Positions 20,052-32,039 of a stretch of DNA of 64,000 bases are shown in pieces (within the stretch, counting starts at the first letter, position 1; each line of letters opens with the position of its first letter). Position numbers and translations under genes: made by a program. Where the stretch lies: assembly GCA_965200315.1 (NCBI GenBank), contig OZ241362.1, positions 256,001 through 320,000 on the forward strand, given 5' to 3'. Source of the stretch: Candidatus Latescibacterota bacterium. GTDB taxonomy: Bacteria > Latescibacterota > UBA2968 > UBA8231. Under the pieces are notes generated by a model. It saw only the letters and a program-made list of their open reading frames with translations, made no database searches and was not told where the DNA came from.

Positions 20052-23006
20052 TTATTTTAGCAAAGTCAATTGCTTGGTGCTTATGTAGGCTCCGGCCTGT
20101 AACCTGTAGAAATAGGTGCCGCTGGCGACCCGGCGACCGGCGTCGTCGCGCCCGGTCCACTGGGTGCGGTAGCGGCCGGTGCTCAGGTGCCCGGCGAACA
20201 GGGTGCGGATTTTTTGGCCGGCTGCGTTGTACAGGGCTAGCTCGACGCCAGCCGGAGCCGCGAGTTGGAAGGCGATGGTGGTGGCCGCGTTGAAGGGGTT
20301 GGGGTAGTTCTGGTCGAGGGCAAAGGCGGCCGGTGTGGTCTCTTTGGCTGCGCCGGGGTCTAGACTGGCGATCCATGCAGCTATGAGATCAGCGCCGCGC
20401 TCGTCGATGATGGAAGAAGCCAGCGGCGGCATGCGAAAGGTGCCCAGCGTCAACATCCGCAGGTAGAGCGTGGAAAGCTGCGGTTCTCCGGGGGAGAGGA
20501 TGAGGGCCTCTGGCTGGCCTATGTCGCCGAGCGTGGGGAAGGCCCCGACCGTATTGGTTTCGGCCAAGGGCGTGTCGTAGCGCAGGTCGATGATGGTGCG
20601 GCTGACGCTCTCGGGCCGGTGGCACGGCGCACAGTTGACGGCCAAATACGAGCGGGCGCGCTGGTTGAGCGGGATGCTGGGGTTGAAGGGGTTGGGCAGG
20701 TGAGGCAAGGAAGACAGGTCGGTTGGCAATGCTTCGGTGAAAAGGCCCTGTTGGGCGAGGGTGTGCAACTGGACTGCGGCGAGCTCATCGTCGAAGCGAG
20801 TCGAGTCGTTTTGCTTCGCGCTTGTGTGAAGTTGGGCCGTGTGGACGCCGAGGACGTAGCCCGCGCCCTTGGTGTGGCAGACCTCGCAGTCTTGGCGTGC
20901 GGGAAAGTAGTACTCCTGCAAGAGAAATCCCACTGGATCTTGGGGGTCGTCAATCACGTACTCAACGGTCGTGCTATCGGCGAGCAAGGTGGCGTCGGTG
21001 CCGGCTTCGTTCCACAGATAGCTATAACCGTCCCAACCTATGGCATCCACGCGCTTGATGAGAAAGCGCGTTTCGATGATGCGTCGGCTGGCCGGATTGC
21101 CGCGCTCTAAGTCGAGGTAAAAGTTCTTGATCAGGAGGGTCTCGTCGGGAAAGCCCCAAGGCCCATGTCTGGCAAAGGCAATGCGCTCGCTAGGCGGCAG
21201 GCGAATGAATCGCGTTTTTGTGGCTCCATCCGACCAAAACGGCGCATTGATTTCGTACGGCACCACGCCGGCCGCGGGCGTTTGCGTGCCGAGGTCGCTG
21301 AAAACCTGCGCGTCGGCCAAGCGGGCGGGCGGGAACTCCTCAGCGGGCGGCAGGACGATTTCCCACAGCCCGCGCTGGCCGCTCCATTCGATTACATAGA
21401 GGCGCTGGCCGATGATTTCCGCGTCAATGGGGTTAGAAAATCCGCCGACAATGCGGGTGACACGCGCCTCGTAATTGTCGGCGACTTTCGCCAAGTCGAG
21501 ATGCAACAAGTCTTGGCTGGGGTCGTTGAATGGGCCGTTGACGCTGTCGCCGTCGGGATCGCCCCGAGTCCAACTGAGCGTGAAGCCGTCGCCTTGGAAT
21601 GGCTCGGCGAGGGCATGGTCCACGTCGAATACCAGTCCGAGCGGCGAGCGGTGCGCGGTGAAGGTGCCGAAGCGCACACTCTCTTCGCTGGCGTCCTTGA
21701 TGCGGCCGTCGGCTGGGTCGCGGTAGGCGTCGGCGTCTGGTCCGAGATTAATAACCGGGTCGGTAAAGCGGCGTGGTGGCGGTGGGTACGTGGGATCGTT
21801 GTGGTAGTAGCCTTCGCGCACTGCCGTGGAGCGGGGGGAGAGGAGGAAATCGGTGGCCGGGTCGTAGTCGGGAAATTGCTGTGGGGTGTCGTCGAGACCC
21901 ATGCGCCAAGGGAATCCGTAGTGATGGCCTTGGCGCAGCCAATTGAGTTCCTCGGGCATGTCGCGGCCCGGCCCGTTTTCCGTGGCGAAGAGATCGCCGT
22001 TGGGCGCGAAGGCGAAATCGTAGGCATTGCGCAAGCCCTCGGCAAAGAGGAATCCTTGGTCGAGGAGGCCATAGCGGCTGTTGGGTAGTACGAGGTCGCG
22101 GGCGTCGGTCGGGACGCGCAAAATTACGGCGGTGAGCGCGGTTTCGCGCAGCCCGGGGAAGTGCCCATCGCCGTCTTGTATTTCGCCGTGATCGGTGCGC
22201 GAGCCGCTGTTGATAAAGAGCGAGCTATTGTCCGGGCTGACAATTAGCGCGTTGACCTCGTGGTTGTAGATACAGTCGCATCGCTCATAGGGTGCGGTTT
22301 CCGCGAGGGTAAACCAAGTGCGCTCGCCACTGCTTGGATCGACTTCGCCCTTGGTGATGGTAGCGATGTTGTAGATGGACAGGTCAATGCGCTTGAGGAC
22401 GTAAAAGGTGCCGTCGGCGTCGATAAACAGGGCATTGGGGCGGATGAAACCGTGGTCAGCAGCCGTGTACACCGTGCCCGCAGGCAAGAGGGTGATGTCG
22501 CCGTTGGTCTTGAGGACATAGCGGTTGGCGGTCGTGGGGTCGCGGCCAAAGATCGTGGCAGCGAGGATGTCGTCGATGGGAACATTGGCGGGCAGGTTGT
22601 CCGGGTCGAGTTGTTCCCACTGCCGCTCGCCAGTGTCGGCGTCGAGCAGAATGCCGCGGGCGAGTGCAAACTGGCCACTGTCGCGGGCGCCGTGGCGATT
22701 GGATGCCAAGTAAAACGAGCCATCCGGTCCGATGGCAAAGCCCGTGAAGCCGCTGCGGATGCCGTGATCGCGGTGGGAATACGCTAAGACGCGCTTGGCC
22801 GCCGCTAGGTAGATGCGCTCAATCGCGCCGTCTTGCCGCAAGATATAGAGCGCATCGTCGCGCGGATCTTTGGCGATGCGGATAGTGCCTTGGGAGACGC
22901 CGAGGATGCGGCGGATTTCAATGTCGTCGCGGGTAGCTTGCGGAACGGCGTCCGCAATGGAGCAAAGGGCTGCGAGCGCGACGAGCGAGAAGCAACGGAC
23001 CAGCAT
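20052..23006 (-). CDS. PQQ-dependent sugar dehydrogenase-like beta-propeller plus diheme cytochrome c domain plus FlgD/T9SS type A-like C-terminal domain
   Basis: AEGLRNAYDFAF...ENGP...EELN...HYGFP; FWSDGATKTRF; CEVCH and CAPCH; RMPP; FALDQNYPNPFN...WTGRDDAG...SGTYFY. Confidence 0.78.
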   Translation of the reverse strand: MLVRCFSLVALAALCSIADAVPQATRDDIEIRRILGVSQGTIRIAKDPRDDALYILRQDGAIERIYLAAAKRVLAYSHRDHGIRSGFTGFAIGPDGSFYLASNRHGARDSGQFALARGILLDADTGERQWEQLDPDNLPANVPIDDILAATIFGRDPTTANRYVLKTNGDITLLPAGTVYTAADHGFIRPNALFIDADGTFYVLKRIDLSIYNIATITKGEVDPSSGERTWFTLAETAPYERCDCIYNHEVNALIVSPDNSSLFINSGSRTDHGEIQDGDGHFPGLRETALTAVILRVPTDARDLVLPNSRYGLLDQGFLFAEGLRNAYDFAFAPNGDLFATENGPGRDMPEELNWLRQGHHYGFPWRMGLDDTPQQFPDYDPATDFLLSPRSTAVREGYYHNDPTYPPPPRRFTDPVINLGPDADAYRDPADGRIKDASEESVRFGTFTAHRSPLGLVFDVDHALAEPFQGDGFTLSWTRGDPDGDSVNGPFNDPSQDLLHLDLAKVADNYEARVTRIVGGFSNPIDAEIIGQRLYVIEWSGQRGLWEIVLPPAEEFPPARLADAQVFSDLGTQTPAAGVVPYEINAPFWSDGATKTRFIRLPPSERIAFARHGPWGFPDETLLIKNFYLDLERGNPASRRIIETRFLIKRVDAIGWDGYSYLWNEAGTDATLLADSTTVEYVIDDPQDPVGFLLQEYYFPARQDCEVCHTKGAGYVLGVHTAQLHTSAKQNDSTRFDDELAAVQLHTLAQQGLFTEALPTDLSSLPHLPNPFNPSIPLNQRARSYLAVNCAPCHRPESVSRTIIDLRYDTPLAETNTVGAFPTLGDIGQPEALILSPGEPQLSTLYLRMLTLGTFRMPPLASSIIDERGADLIAAWIASLDPGAAKETTPAAFALDQNYPNPFNAATTIAFQLAAPAGVELALYNAAGQKIRTLFAGHLSTGRYRTQWTGRDDAGRRVASGTYFYRLQAGAYISTKQLTLLK

Positions 23007-23024
23007 GGGATGCTTTAGAAATGA

Positions 23025-25010
23025 TCACTTGAGCAATAGGAGCTGGCGGGTCGCGACAAAGTCGCCAGCCAATAGCTGATAAAGATATGCGCCGCTGGCC
23101 ACTGGCTCACCGCGCTCGTTGCGACCGTCCCATTGCCGGCGGTGGTATCCGGCGGGCAGGGTATCGCTGATTAGGGTGCATACGCGCTGGCCGCTAATGC
23201 TGTAAATGGACAATTCGACTAAGGAGGTGAGGGCGAGTTGGAAGGTAATGGTGGTGCTTGCGTTAAAGGGGTTAGGAAAGTTCTGCGCCAGCGCAAACTC
23301 CTCGGGTACAACGCCTGCGGCTTCGGCAACTGTCGGTTCGGTTGCGTCCAGTGGTAAGGTGATTTCCCACAGCCCTCGCCCGCCGCCCCACTCGATGACG
23401 TACATGCGATTGCCGATGATCTCCGCGTCAATGGGGTTGGAAAACCCGCCGACGATGCGGGTGACGTGTGCCTCGTAGGTGTCGCCGACTTTGGCTAAGT
23501 CGAGGTGCAGCAGATCTTCACTGGGGTCGTTAAACGGGCCGGCAACGTCATCGCCGTCGGGATCGCCCTCGGTCCAGCTAAGCACGAATCCGTCGCCTTG
23601 GAATGGTTCGGCGAGCGCATGCTCTGCGTCGAACACCAGCCCCAAGGGGGAACGATGCGCGGTGAAGGTGCCGAAGCGCACGCCCTCTTCGCTGGCATCT
23701 TTGATTTGGCCGTCGGCGGGGTCGCGGTAGGCGTCGGCATCCGGGCCGAGGTTGATCACCGGCTCGGTGAAGTCGCGTGGTGGCGGTGGGTACGTGGGAT
23801 CGTTGTGGTAGTAGCCTTCGCGCACGGCCGTGAAGCGGGCGGGGAGGAGGAAGTCGCTGGCTGGGTCGTAGTCGGGGAATTGCTGTGGGGTGTCTTCGAG
23901 ACCCATGCGCCAGGGGAAGCCGTAGTGATGGCCTTCGCGCAGCCAGTTGAGTTCCTCGGCCATGTCGCGGTCGGGGCCGTTTTCCGTGGCGAAGAGGTCG
24001 CCGTTGGGCGCGAAGGCGAGGTCGTAGGCATTGCGCAGGCCCTCGGCATAGAGGAAGCCTTGGGCGCGGAGCGCGTCGCGGTCGTTGGGTAGCACGAGGT
24101 CGCGGGCGTCGGTCGGGACTCGCAAGACGATAGCCGTGAGCGCGGTTTCGCGCAGATCGGGGAACTGTCTGTTGCCGTCTTGTATTTCGCCGTGATCGGT
24201 GCGCGAGCCGCTGTTGATAAAAAGCGAGCGGTTGTCCGGGCTGACGACTAGCCCGTTGACATCGTGGTTGAAGATGCAGTCGCACCGCTCATAGGGTGCG
24301 GTTTCTGCGAGGGTGAAAAAGGTGCGCTCGCCGCTGCTCGGATCGACTTCGCCCTTGGTGATGGTGGCGATGTTGTAGCTCGATAGGTCGATGCGTTTGA
24401 GGACGTAAAAGGTGCCGTCGGCGTCGATAAACAGGGCACTGGGGCGACTAAAGCCGTGATCCGCGGCCGTGTATACTGTGCCCTTGGGCACGAGGGTAAT
24501 GTCGCCGTTGGTCTTGAGTGCATAGCGGGTATTGGTCGTAGGATCGCGGCCGAGGCTGGTGGCGGCGAGGATGTCGTCGATGGGAATATCACCGGGCAAG
24601 TTGTCCGGGTCGAGTTGTTCCCACTTCCGCTCGCCGGTGTCGGCGTCGAGCAAAATGCCGCTGGCGAGGGCAAAATGGCCGCTGTCGCGGGGGCCGCGGC
24701 GATTGGATGCCAAGTAAAACGAGCCGTCCGGCCCGATAGCAAAGCCTGTGAAGCCGCTGCGGATGCCATGATCGTCTCTGGAATATGCCGGCGTGTGCGT
24801 GGCCGCCGCTAGGTCGATGCGATCAATTGCGCCATTTTGCCGCAAGATGTAGAGCTCGTTGGTACGCGGATCCTTGGCGATGCGCACCGTTCCTCGGGGG
24901 ACGTTGAGGGTGTGGCGGATTTCGATGTCGTCGCGAGTGGCTTGTGGGTCGGCATAGGCTATAGAGCAAAGGGCAGCGAGGACAGCGAATGAGAGGTAAT
25001 GGGCGAACAT
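23025..25010 (-). CDS. PQQ-dependent sugar dehydrogenase-like protein with FlgD/T9SS-like C-terminal domain (paralog without heme domain)
   Basis: Highly similar to the first ~550 aa of 20052..23006; LAQNFPNPFN...WDGRNERG...SGAY. Confidence 0.78.
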   Translation of the reverse strand: MFAHYLSFAVLAALCSIAYADPQATRDDIEIRHTLNVPRGTVRIAKDPRTNELYILRQNGAIDRIDLAAATHTPAYSRDDHGIRSGFTGFAIGPDGSFYLASNRRGPRDSGHFALASGILLDADTGERKWEQLDPDNLPGDIPIDDILAATSLGRDPTTNTRYALKTNGDITLVPKGTVYTAADHGFSRPSALFIDADGTFYVLKRIDLSSYNIATITKGEVDPSSGERTFFTLAETAPYERCDCIFNHDVNGLVVSPDNRSLFINSGSRTDHGEIQDGNRQFPDLRETALTAIVLRVPTDARDLVLPNDRDALRAQGFLYAEGLRNAYDLAFAPNGDLFATENGPDRDMAEELNWLREGHHYGFPWRMGLEDTPQQFPDYDPASDFLLPARFTAVREGYYHNDPTYPPPPRDFTEPVINLGPDADAYRDPADGQIKDASEEGVRFGTFTAHRSPLGLVFDAEHALAEPFQGDGFVLSWTEGDPDGDDVAGPFNDPSEDLLHLDLAKVGDTYEAHVTRIVGGFSNPIDAEIIGNRMYVIEWGGGRGLWEITLPLDATEPTVAEAAGVVPEEFALAQNFPNPFNASTTITFQLALTSLVELSIYSISGQRVCTLISDTLPAGYHRRQWDGRNERGEPVASGAYLYQLLAGDFVATRQLLLLK

Positions 25011-25035
25011 GGGGTCCTTTCAGAGGAAGAGTGGG

Positions 25036-25413
25036 TCAGGGCCGAAAGATTTTTAGATTGAGTTCGTTGATTTCGCGGTAGGGTTTTCTATTGGCTGTAC
25101 AAAGTGTTAAATGATGTTCAATAGCGGTTGCGGCAATCAAGGCATCGGCCAGATACAGTGCTGTCTTAAGGGCGTATTCTTCCATATATACAGACGCTCG
25201 ATGGCCAATGTTTTCAGTGAGAGGTACAGTCTGAAAGGCGTGATCCGTGAGAAAATTCTTGATCTTTTTCAGCTCCTGCCGATTTCTCGCACCCTCGATA
25301 AATTCCATGTACGTAACAATTGATATCTGACGATCAGCGATGCTGTCAACGAGGTTTGCAGCCCCTTCATGGCCTCTGAAAACCCATATCACAACATCGG
25401 TATCAAAAATCAT
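25036..25413 (-). CDS. vapC: PIN-domain toxin (VapC family)
   Basis: MIFDTDVVI...E...LADALIAATA...TAN; overlaps the upstream small gene. Confidence 0.85.
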   Translation of the reverse strand: MIFDTDVVIWVFRGHEGAANLVDSIADRQISIVTYMEFIEGARNRQELKKIKNFLTDHAFQTVPLTENIGHRASVYMEEYALKTALYLADALIAATAIEHHLTLCTANRKPYREINELNLKIFRP

Positions 25414-25648
25414 TCAAGCGGCCTTTTCGCAAACTGCGGACGCAAGCATCGACATCGGTCATATCTTTTCTGTCTCGCCACAGACCAAAAGCCTCATGGT
25501 CTTTTACTGATTTGTTTGTTCGCTGTCGGCTGGGAGACAGGATGGCTTTTTCCTTGCCGCGGTAAAAAATGGTGACCGATTCGTTGCGGTCGAGCGCGAG
25601 CAAAACATCTTTCATACGTCGTCTTAAGTCGAGAATAGATGCTTTCAC
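25403..25648 (-). CDS. Antitoxin (Phd/YefM-like)
   Basis: MKASILDLRRRMKDVL...ESVTIFYRGKEKAIL, typical Phd fold; FGLWRDR tail; upstream of the PIN toxin. Confidence 0.78.
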   Translation of the reverse strand: MKASILDLRRRMKDVLLALDRNESVTIFYRGKEKAILSPSRQRTNKSVKDHEAFGLWRDRKDMTDVDACVRSLRKGRLNDF

Positions 25649-25750
25649 AATGCCTCCTTTCAGCGAGCGTGGATTTCCGCGTTTGAATGCTTACAACCCG
25701 ATAGTCGAGTATCTGTAACTTTTGCCTAACAGGTTATTAGCAGGTTTATA

Positions 25751-27132
<1,382 letters not shown>

Positions 27133-27136
<4 letters not shown>

Positions 27137-28452
27137 TGGCGCGCTCCAAAAGTTAGCTCTTCGCGGGCTTGTTCAATCTGCACGTCCACCAACTCGTTGG
27201 GCACGGGCGGGCCGGCGAAAAGGACCTTGACGTAGTTATCGCTCAAGCCGACCTGCAAGCCGGTGGCTGAGTCTGAACGCCCTTCGGAGAGGACTTGGAG
27301 CGAGCGGCCGACAAAGCGCTGATGAAAGGCGAGTCGCTTGGCTGCGCCGAGGCCGATGAGTGCTTGGGTGCGCTCCTTTTTGATTGCGGTGTCTTGGTGT
27401 TCGGGCAGGTGCTCAGCCGGGGTGCCTGCCCGCTGGGAGTACGGAAAGACGTGGAGGTACGTCAGCGGCAGGTCGGCCAACAAGGCGCGGGTGTGGGCAA
27501 AATGCGCGTCGGTTTCCCCGGGGAAGCCGACCATGACATCGGCACCAATGGCGCAGTCAGGGATGCGGCTGGCGATTCGCTCGATCCGCTCGGCGTAATA
27601 GGCGCGGGTGTAGCGCCGCCCCATGCGCTTGAGAATGTGGTCGTCGCCGCTTTGCAAGGGCACGTGGAAGTGGCGGCAGATCGCTGAGGAAGCCGCGGCT
27701 TGGTCGATTAGTGCGTCGGTGACGTAACCCGGCTCAATGGAATTGAGGCGAATGCGCACCAAGCCATCGATTTGCTCCAGCGCGGCGAGCAACTCGACGA
27801 GAGCTTTGGGCTGGCCTTGGTCGAACCCGTAGCGGCCGGTGTGGACGCCGGTCAGGGCGAGCTCCCGGTAGCCGGCCGCGACCATGCCCCGGGCTTGGGC
27901 GACGACTTCGGCGGCTGGGCGGCTCGCGCTGCGACCGCGCACCGCCGGGATGATGCAGTAGGTGCAGTGTTCGTCGCAGCCGTCTTGGATTTGCAGGCTG
28001 CCGCGGGTGCGGCCTTGGGGCACTGCGCCGTCAATGGCGAGAAATTGCTCCGTGCGCGGCCTCGTTGCTGAGGGCGCGGGGATCTCAGTACCCGCCAGAT
28101 GTGCTTCGAGCAGCTCGACGAGCTGGACCTTCTGGCCGTTGCCCACGACCAAGTCGGCACCGGCCGCTGTGAGATCGGCAGGCCGTCGCTGGGCATAACA
28201 GCCGGTGGCGACGACCTCTGCGCTTGGATTGCGCCGCCGGGCGCGGCGCACGGCTTTGCGCGAGTCCGCATCGCCCGCGCCGGTTACCGTGCAGGTATTG
28301 ACCACGTACACGTCGGCCTCAGAGCCGAAGGGCACGATTGAATAGCCGCGCTCAGCTAGGCGGTGGGCGAGGGCTTCTACTTCGTAGGCATTGAGCTTGC
28401 AACCCACATTCTGTAGGGCCACGCGTGCGTTTGCGGATGTTGGAGTGCCCAT
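27133..28452 (-). CDS. mtaB: tRNA t6A37 methylthiotransferase MtaB
   Basis: GCKLNAYE, NTCTVT, TGCYAQ, IQDGCDEHCTYCIIP, LTGVH, HVFPYSQRAGT. Confidence 0.9.
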
Positions 28453-28530
28453 AAGTCGCGCAAGGAAAACGAGATAAACAATAGAAGCTATAAAAATTAA
28501 AGATCGGCCCTCTCTGGGGCAATGGGCCGC

Positions 28531-30741
28531 TCAGGCGGGTTCGAGCTGGGTGTAGGCGACGGCGATGCGTTTGGTCCTCGTCCCAAAGCGGATGGAGAGC
28601 TTCATCTTTTCGCCGTGTCCTTCGCGGCTGACGATCTGGCCGCGCCCCCATTGGGGGTGGCGCACCCACTGGCCAACGGCGAGGAAGTCGTCTTGGGCAA
28701 CTAACTCGTCGAAACCGGGCGTTTGCTCGGCGTCCCACTCGTAGTGGACCCCTTGGGGTGCCTTTTTGCGGGGCGGCGGGCCGACGCGCTGCCGCGAGCG
28801 GGCAAAGCCGCGGTCCAATTCGTAGGTCTGGGTCGTCAGCTCGGCGGGGATTTCGCTTAAAAACCGCGAGGGCTCGGTTGCGAGTAGTGAGCCGTACGCA
28901 TAGCGGCGCAGGGCATAGGTGAGACTGAGCTGCTCTTGCGCACGGGTCATGCCCACGTAGCAGAGGCGGCGCTCCTCTTCAATGGCTTGGGGATCGCCGA
29001 CGGCCCGCGCCGTGGGAAAGAGGTTTTCTTCGAGCCCGCAGACAAAAACCAAGGGGAACTCTAGGCCCTTGGCGCTGTGCAGGGTCATCAAGGTAACGGC
29101 GTTGCCATTGCTGTCGTTTTCGTCCGCCGAGGTCAGCAGCGACTTTTCTTCGAGATAGGTCGCCAAAGTTGAGTCTGGGTTCTCGTCTGCGTATTCGGTC
29201 ATCTCGGCCAGTAACTGGTCGAGATTCTGCAAGCGTGCCTCGGCTTCCGGGGTGTTTTCAGCCGCGAGCATGGCGCGGTATCCACTCTTTTCGACGACGG
29301 CAAGGCCCAGTTCGGGCAGGGAGCGTGCCTCGGCAGCGGCCATCAGCTCGCCGAGCAGGGCGGCGAAGGCCGTGAAGCTCTTTTGTGCGCGGCCGCTGAG
29401 GTTGGGCACATCGTCGAGGTGCTCAAGAGCCGTGGAAAGGCTCCAGCCTTGGGCTTGGGCAAAAGTCTGCAAGCGGTCGAGGGAGGTATCGCCAATGCCG
29501 CGACGGGGTGTATTGATGATGCGGCGCAGGGCAATGTCGTCGGCCGGGTTGACCAACAGGCGCAAATAGGACAGCACGTCGCGGATTTCGCGGCGGTCGT
29601 AAAAGCGGATGCCCCCGACGATTACATAGGGGAGACCAGCACGCTGTAACTCCTCTTCAAAGGGCCGCGACTGGGCGTTGGTGCGGTAGAGCACCGCGGC
29701 GTCCCTGAGGCCGTAACGTCCCAAGCGGTCGTAGCGGCGGATGGCATCGACGACGTGGCGAGCCTCGCGGCGGTCCGAGTCGCATTCGACGACCGCTATC
29801 GGGTCGCCCTCGGGGCCGTCCGTCCACAGCTCTTTGCCCTTGCGGCCTTGGTTGTGGCTGATGACGGCGTTGGCTGCGGCGAGGATGCGGCCGGTGGAAC
29901 GGTAGTTTTGCTCTAGCCGCACTAGGCGGGCGTCTGGATAGTCGCGCTCAAAGTCGAGGATGTTGCGGATGTCGGCTCCGCGGAATTGGTAAATCGACTG
30001 GTCGTCATCCCCGACCACGCAGATGTTGCGGTGGTGAGCTGCTAATTGGCGGCAGAGCAAGTACTGGGGCCGGTTGGTGTCTTGGTATTCATCGACGAGC
30101 AGGTGCTCAAAGCGCTCTTGGTAGGTTTGCAGAATGTCCGGGCAGCGCTCAAACTGGCGCACGACCTCAAGGAGCAAGTCGTCGAAATCAAGGGCTTGGT
30201 TGCGACGCAGTTCGCGCTCGTAGTCGGCGTAGAGTTCGGCGATTTGTCGCTGGTGCTCGTTTGCTTGGTGCGCGAATTCCAACGGGTCGAGCATGGCGTT
30301 CTTGGCGCGGCTGATCTGGCTGACGACCGCGCGCGGCGCGAGCTCGCGCTCGTCGATTTGGTGGGCATCAAGGACGCGGCGGATGGTGGCGCGGCGGTCG
30401 TCTTCGTCGTAGATGGAGAAGTTGGGATCTAGACCAAACCCCTCGGCTTGGTGGCGCAGGATGCGCGCACAGATCGAGTGGAAGGTGCCGATCCACAGAT
30501 CGGTGGCCGCCGGCCCGACTAACTGCTCGATGCGCTCGCGCATTTCGCCCGCTGCCTTGTTGGTAAAGGTGGCGGCGAGGATGCGCCACGGGGGCACACC
30601 GACTTCTTTGATGAGGAAAGCGATGCGATGGGTGAGTACGCGAGTCTTGCCCGAGCCGGCCCCGGCGAGGATCAACAGCGGGCCGCCCGTGGCCTCGGCG
30701 GCGCGGCGTTGCGCAGGATTGAGGGCGTCTAGTATGGACAT
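28531..30741 (-). CDS. pcrA: ATP-dependent DNA helicase PcrA/UvrD
   Basis: AGAGSGKT, TFTNKAA, VDEYQD, VGDDDQSIY, LEQNYRS, HSAKGLEF, EEERRLCYVGMTRA; C-terminal Tudor-like domain. Confidence 0.93.
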   Translation of the reverse strand: MSILDALNPAQRRAAEATGGPLLILAGAGSGKTRVLTHRIAFLIKEVGVPPWRILAATFTNKAAGEMRERIEQLVGPAATDLWIGTFHSICARILRHQAEGFGLDPNFSIYDEDDRRATIRRVLDAHQIDERELAPRAVVSQISRAKNAMLDPLEFAHQANEHQRQIAELYADYERELRRNQALDFDDLLLEVVRQFERCPDILQTYQERFEHLLVDEYQDTNRPQYLLCRQLAAHHRNICVVGDDDQSIYQFRGADIRNILDFERDYPDARLVRLEQNYRSTGRILAAANAVISHNQGRKGKELWTDGPEGDPIAVVECDSDRREARHVVDAIRRYDRLGRYGLRDAAVLYRTNAQSRPFEEELQRAGLPYVIVGGIRFYDRREIRDVLSYLRLLVNPADDIALRRIINTPRRGIGDTSLDRLQTFAQAQGWSLSTALEHLDDVPNLSGRAQKSFTAFAALLGELMAAAEARSLPELGLAVVEKSGYRAMLAAENTPEAEARLQNLDQLLAEMTEYADENPDSTLATYLEEKSLLTSADENDSNGNAVTLMTLHSAKGLEFPLVFVCGLEENLFPTARAVGDPQAIEEERRLCYVGMTRAQEQLSLTYALRRYAYGSLLATEPSRFLSEIPAELTTQTYELDRGFARSRQRVGPPPRKKAPQGVHYEWDAEQTPGFDELVAQDDFLAVGQWVRHPQWGRGQIVSREGHGEKMKLSIRFGTRTKRIAVAYTQLEPA

Positions 30742-30743
30742 CC

Positions 30744-31775
30744 TCAGTTTATCTGCATGCGCTGGGCTATCTTGATCCGGCGCTTGGCACGCTCGTGTTC
30801 TTTGTTGGTACGGCTGAAAACGTGGGTGCCGTCGCCGCGGGCGACGAAGTAGAGATACTCGGTTTCCACGGGATAGATCACGGCGAGGAGGGCCGTGCGG
30901 CCGGGGTTGCTGATGGGACCGGGGGGTAGGCCGTGGTGGCGATACGTATTAAAGGGCGAATCCACCTCCAAGTCGGCGTAGGTCAGCCGTTTCTTGTTCA
31001 CGCCGAGAGCGTAGTTGACCGTCGCACAGGATTCGAGGCGGCGGTTGAGCTTGAGACGGCGCTGGAAGACACCGGAGATAATGGGCTGCTCTTCAACGGC
31101 TACAGCTTCGCGCTCGACGATCGAGGCCAACGTCACAGCTTGGTGCAGCGACAGGCCGCGCCCCTTGAGCTGCTGGCGCAGGGAATCGGCGAATACGCGG
31201 TGGAACTGGCCGACCATGAGGGAGGCGATGGCTCGTTCATCGGCGTTTAGGTCGAAGAAGTACGTCTCGGGGAAGAGGTAGCCTTCGAGGGAGGCCGCGG
31301 CCACGCCGAGCTGGCGGATGAAGTGCGAATCTTCGGTGACGGCGATAAAGCGGGCCGAGTCCGCCACGCCTGCGGCTTGGAGTTGGCCCGCGATCTGGTG
31401 GCGATTTAGGCCTTCGGGAATCGTCGCCGGCTGGGTTTGGATGGGGGCCTTGAGCAGGGATTGGGCAATAGCGGCTGTAGTGCCGGTGCCGTCGAGCTTA
31501 TAGGTGCCCGCTTTGAGCTGATGACCGAGGCCCTTGAGCCGGACGGTCCAGGCAAAGACGTGTGCGCTATGGATCAAGTTTTCCCGCTCTAGCAACTGGC
31601 CGATCCAGCGGGCACTCGCGCCTTGGGGGATGTGAATAAGGTGCGCCGGGTATTCGTAGGTAGGTTGGTTCAAATACCACAACGCCCCAAGCGGTAACGC
31701 CGCCCCTACCAGCGCGAGTGCCGCGCCGAGTAGGAGCGTGCGGTACCAACGCGCAAACTTGGCTTGAGTTGACAT
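30744..31775 (-). CDS. mltG: Endolytic transglycosylase MltG
   Basis: N-terminal TM; IPEG, LEGYLFPETY, LASIVERE, SPFNTY...GLPPGPISNPG, YLYFV. Confidence 0.92.
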   Translation of the reverse strand: MSTQAKFARWYRTLLLGAALALVGAALPLGALWYLNQPTYEYPAHLIHIPQGASARWIGQLLERENLIHSAHVFAWTVRLKGLGHQLKAGTYKLDGTGTTAAIAQSLLKAPIQTQPATIPEGLNRHQIAGQLQAAGVADSARFIAVTEDSHFIRQLGVAAASLEGYLFPETYFFDLNADERAIASLMVGQFHRVFADSLRQQLKGRGLSLHQAVTLASIVEREAVAVEEQPIISGVFQRRLKLNRRLESCATVNYALGVNKKRLTYADLEVDSPFNTYRHHGLPPGPISNPGRTALLAVIYPVETEYLYFVARGDGTHVFSRTNKEHERAKRRIKIAQRMQIN

Positions 31776-31908
31776 ACTATTTGGTCTTATCTAAAAGAAG
31801 TGATTTGGGTGTGCCGGCTTCGCGCCCATGCCGGAAGACGCGGGCTGCGAACCTACTAGTACAAAAATATGAATCGGGAATTGTTTTACAACCAAGGCTG
31901 ACATCGCA

Positions 31909-31980
31909 AATTTATTAGAAAAGGCCGCGAGTGTCAATCTACATCGCTTTCTTGACGCTAGCAGGAAATCCGGCTAATTT
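31909..31980. promoter_or_regulatory. Divergent sigma-70-like promoters (mltG leftward, ABC rightward)
   Basis: Minus strand TTGACA (31937-31932) N17 TAAATT; plus strand TTGACG (31952) N17 TAATTT. Confidence 0.45.
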
Positions 31981-32039
31981 CCCCATTTTTTTATCTTGCT
32001 ACCTCAACGCGCCCGGCCTTTGGCCGTAGGAGAGTTCCG

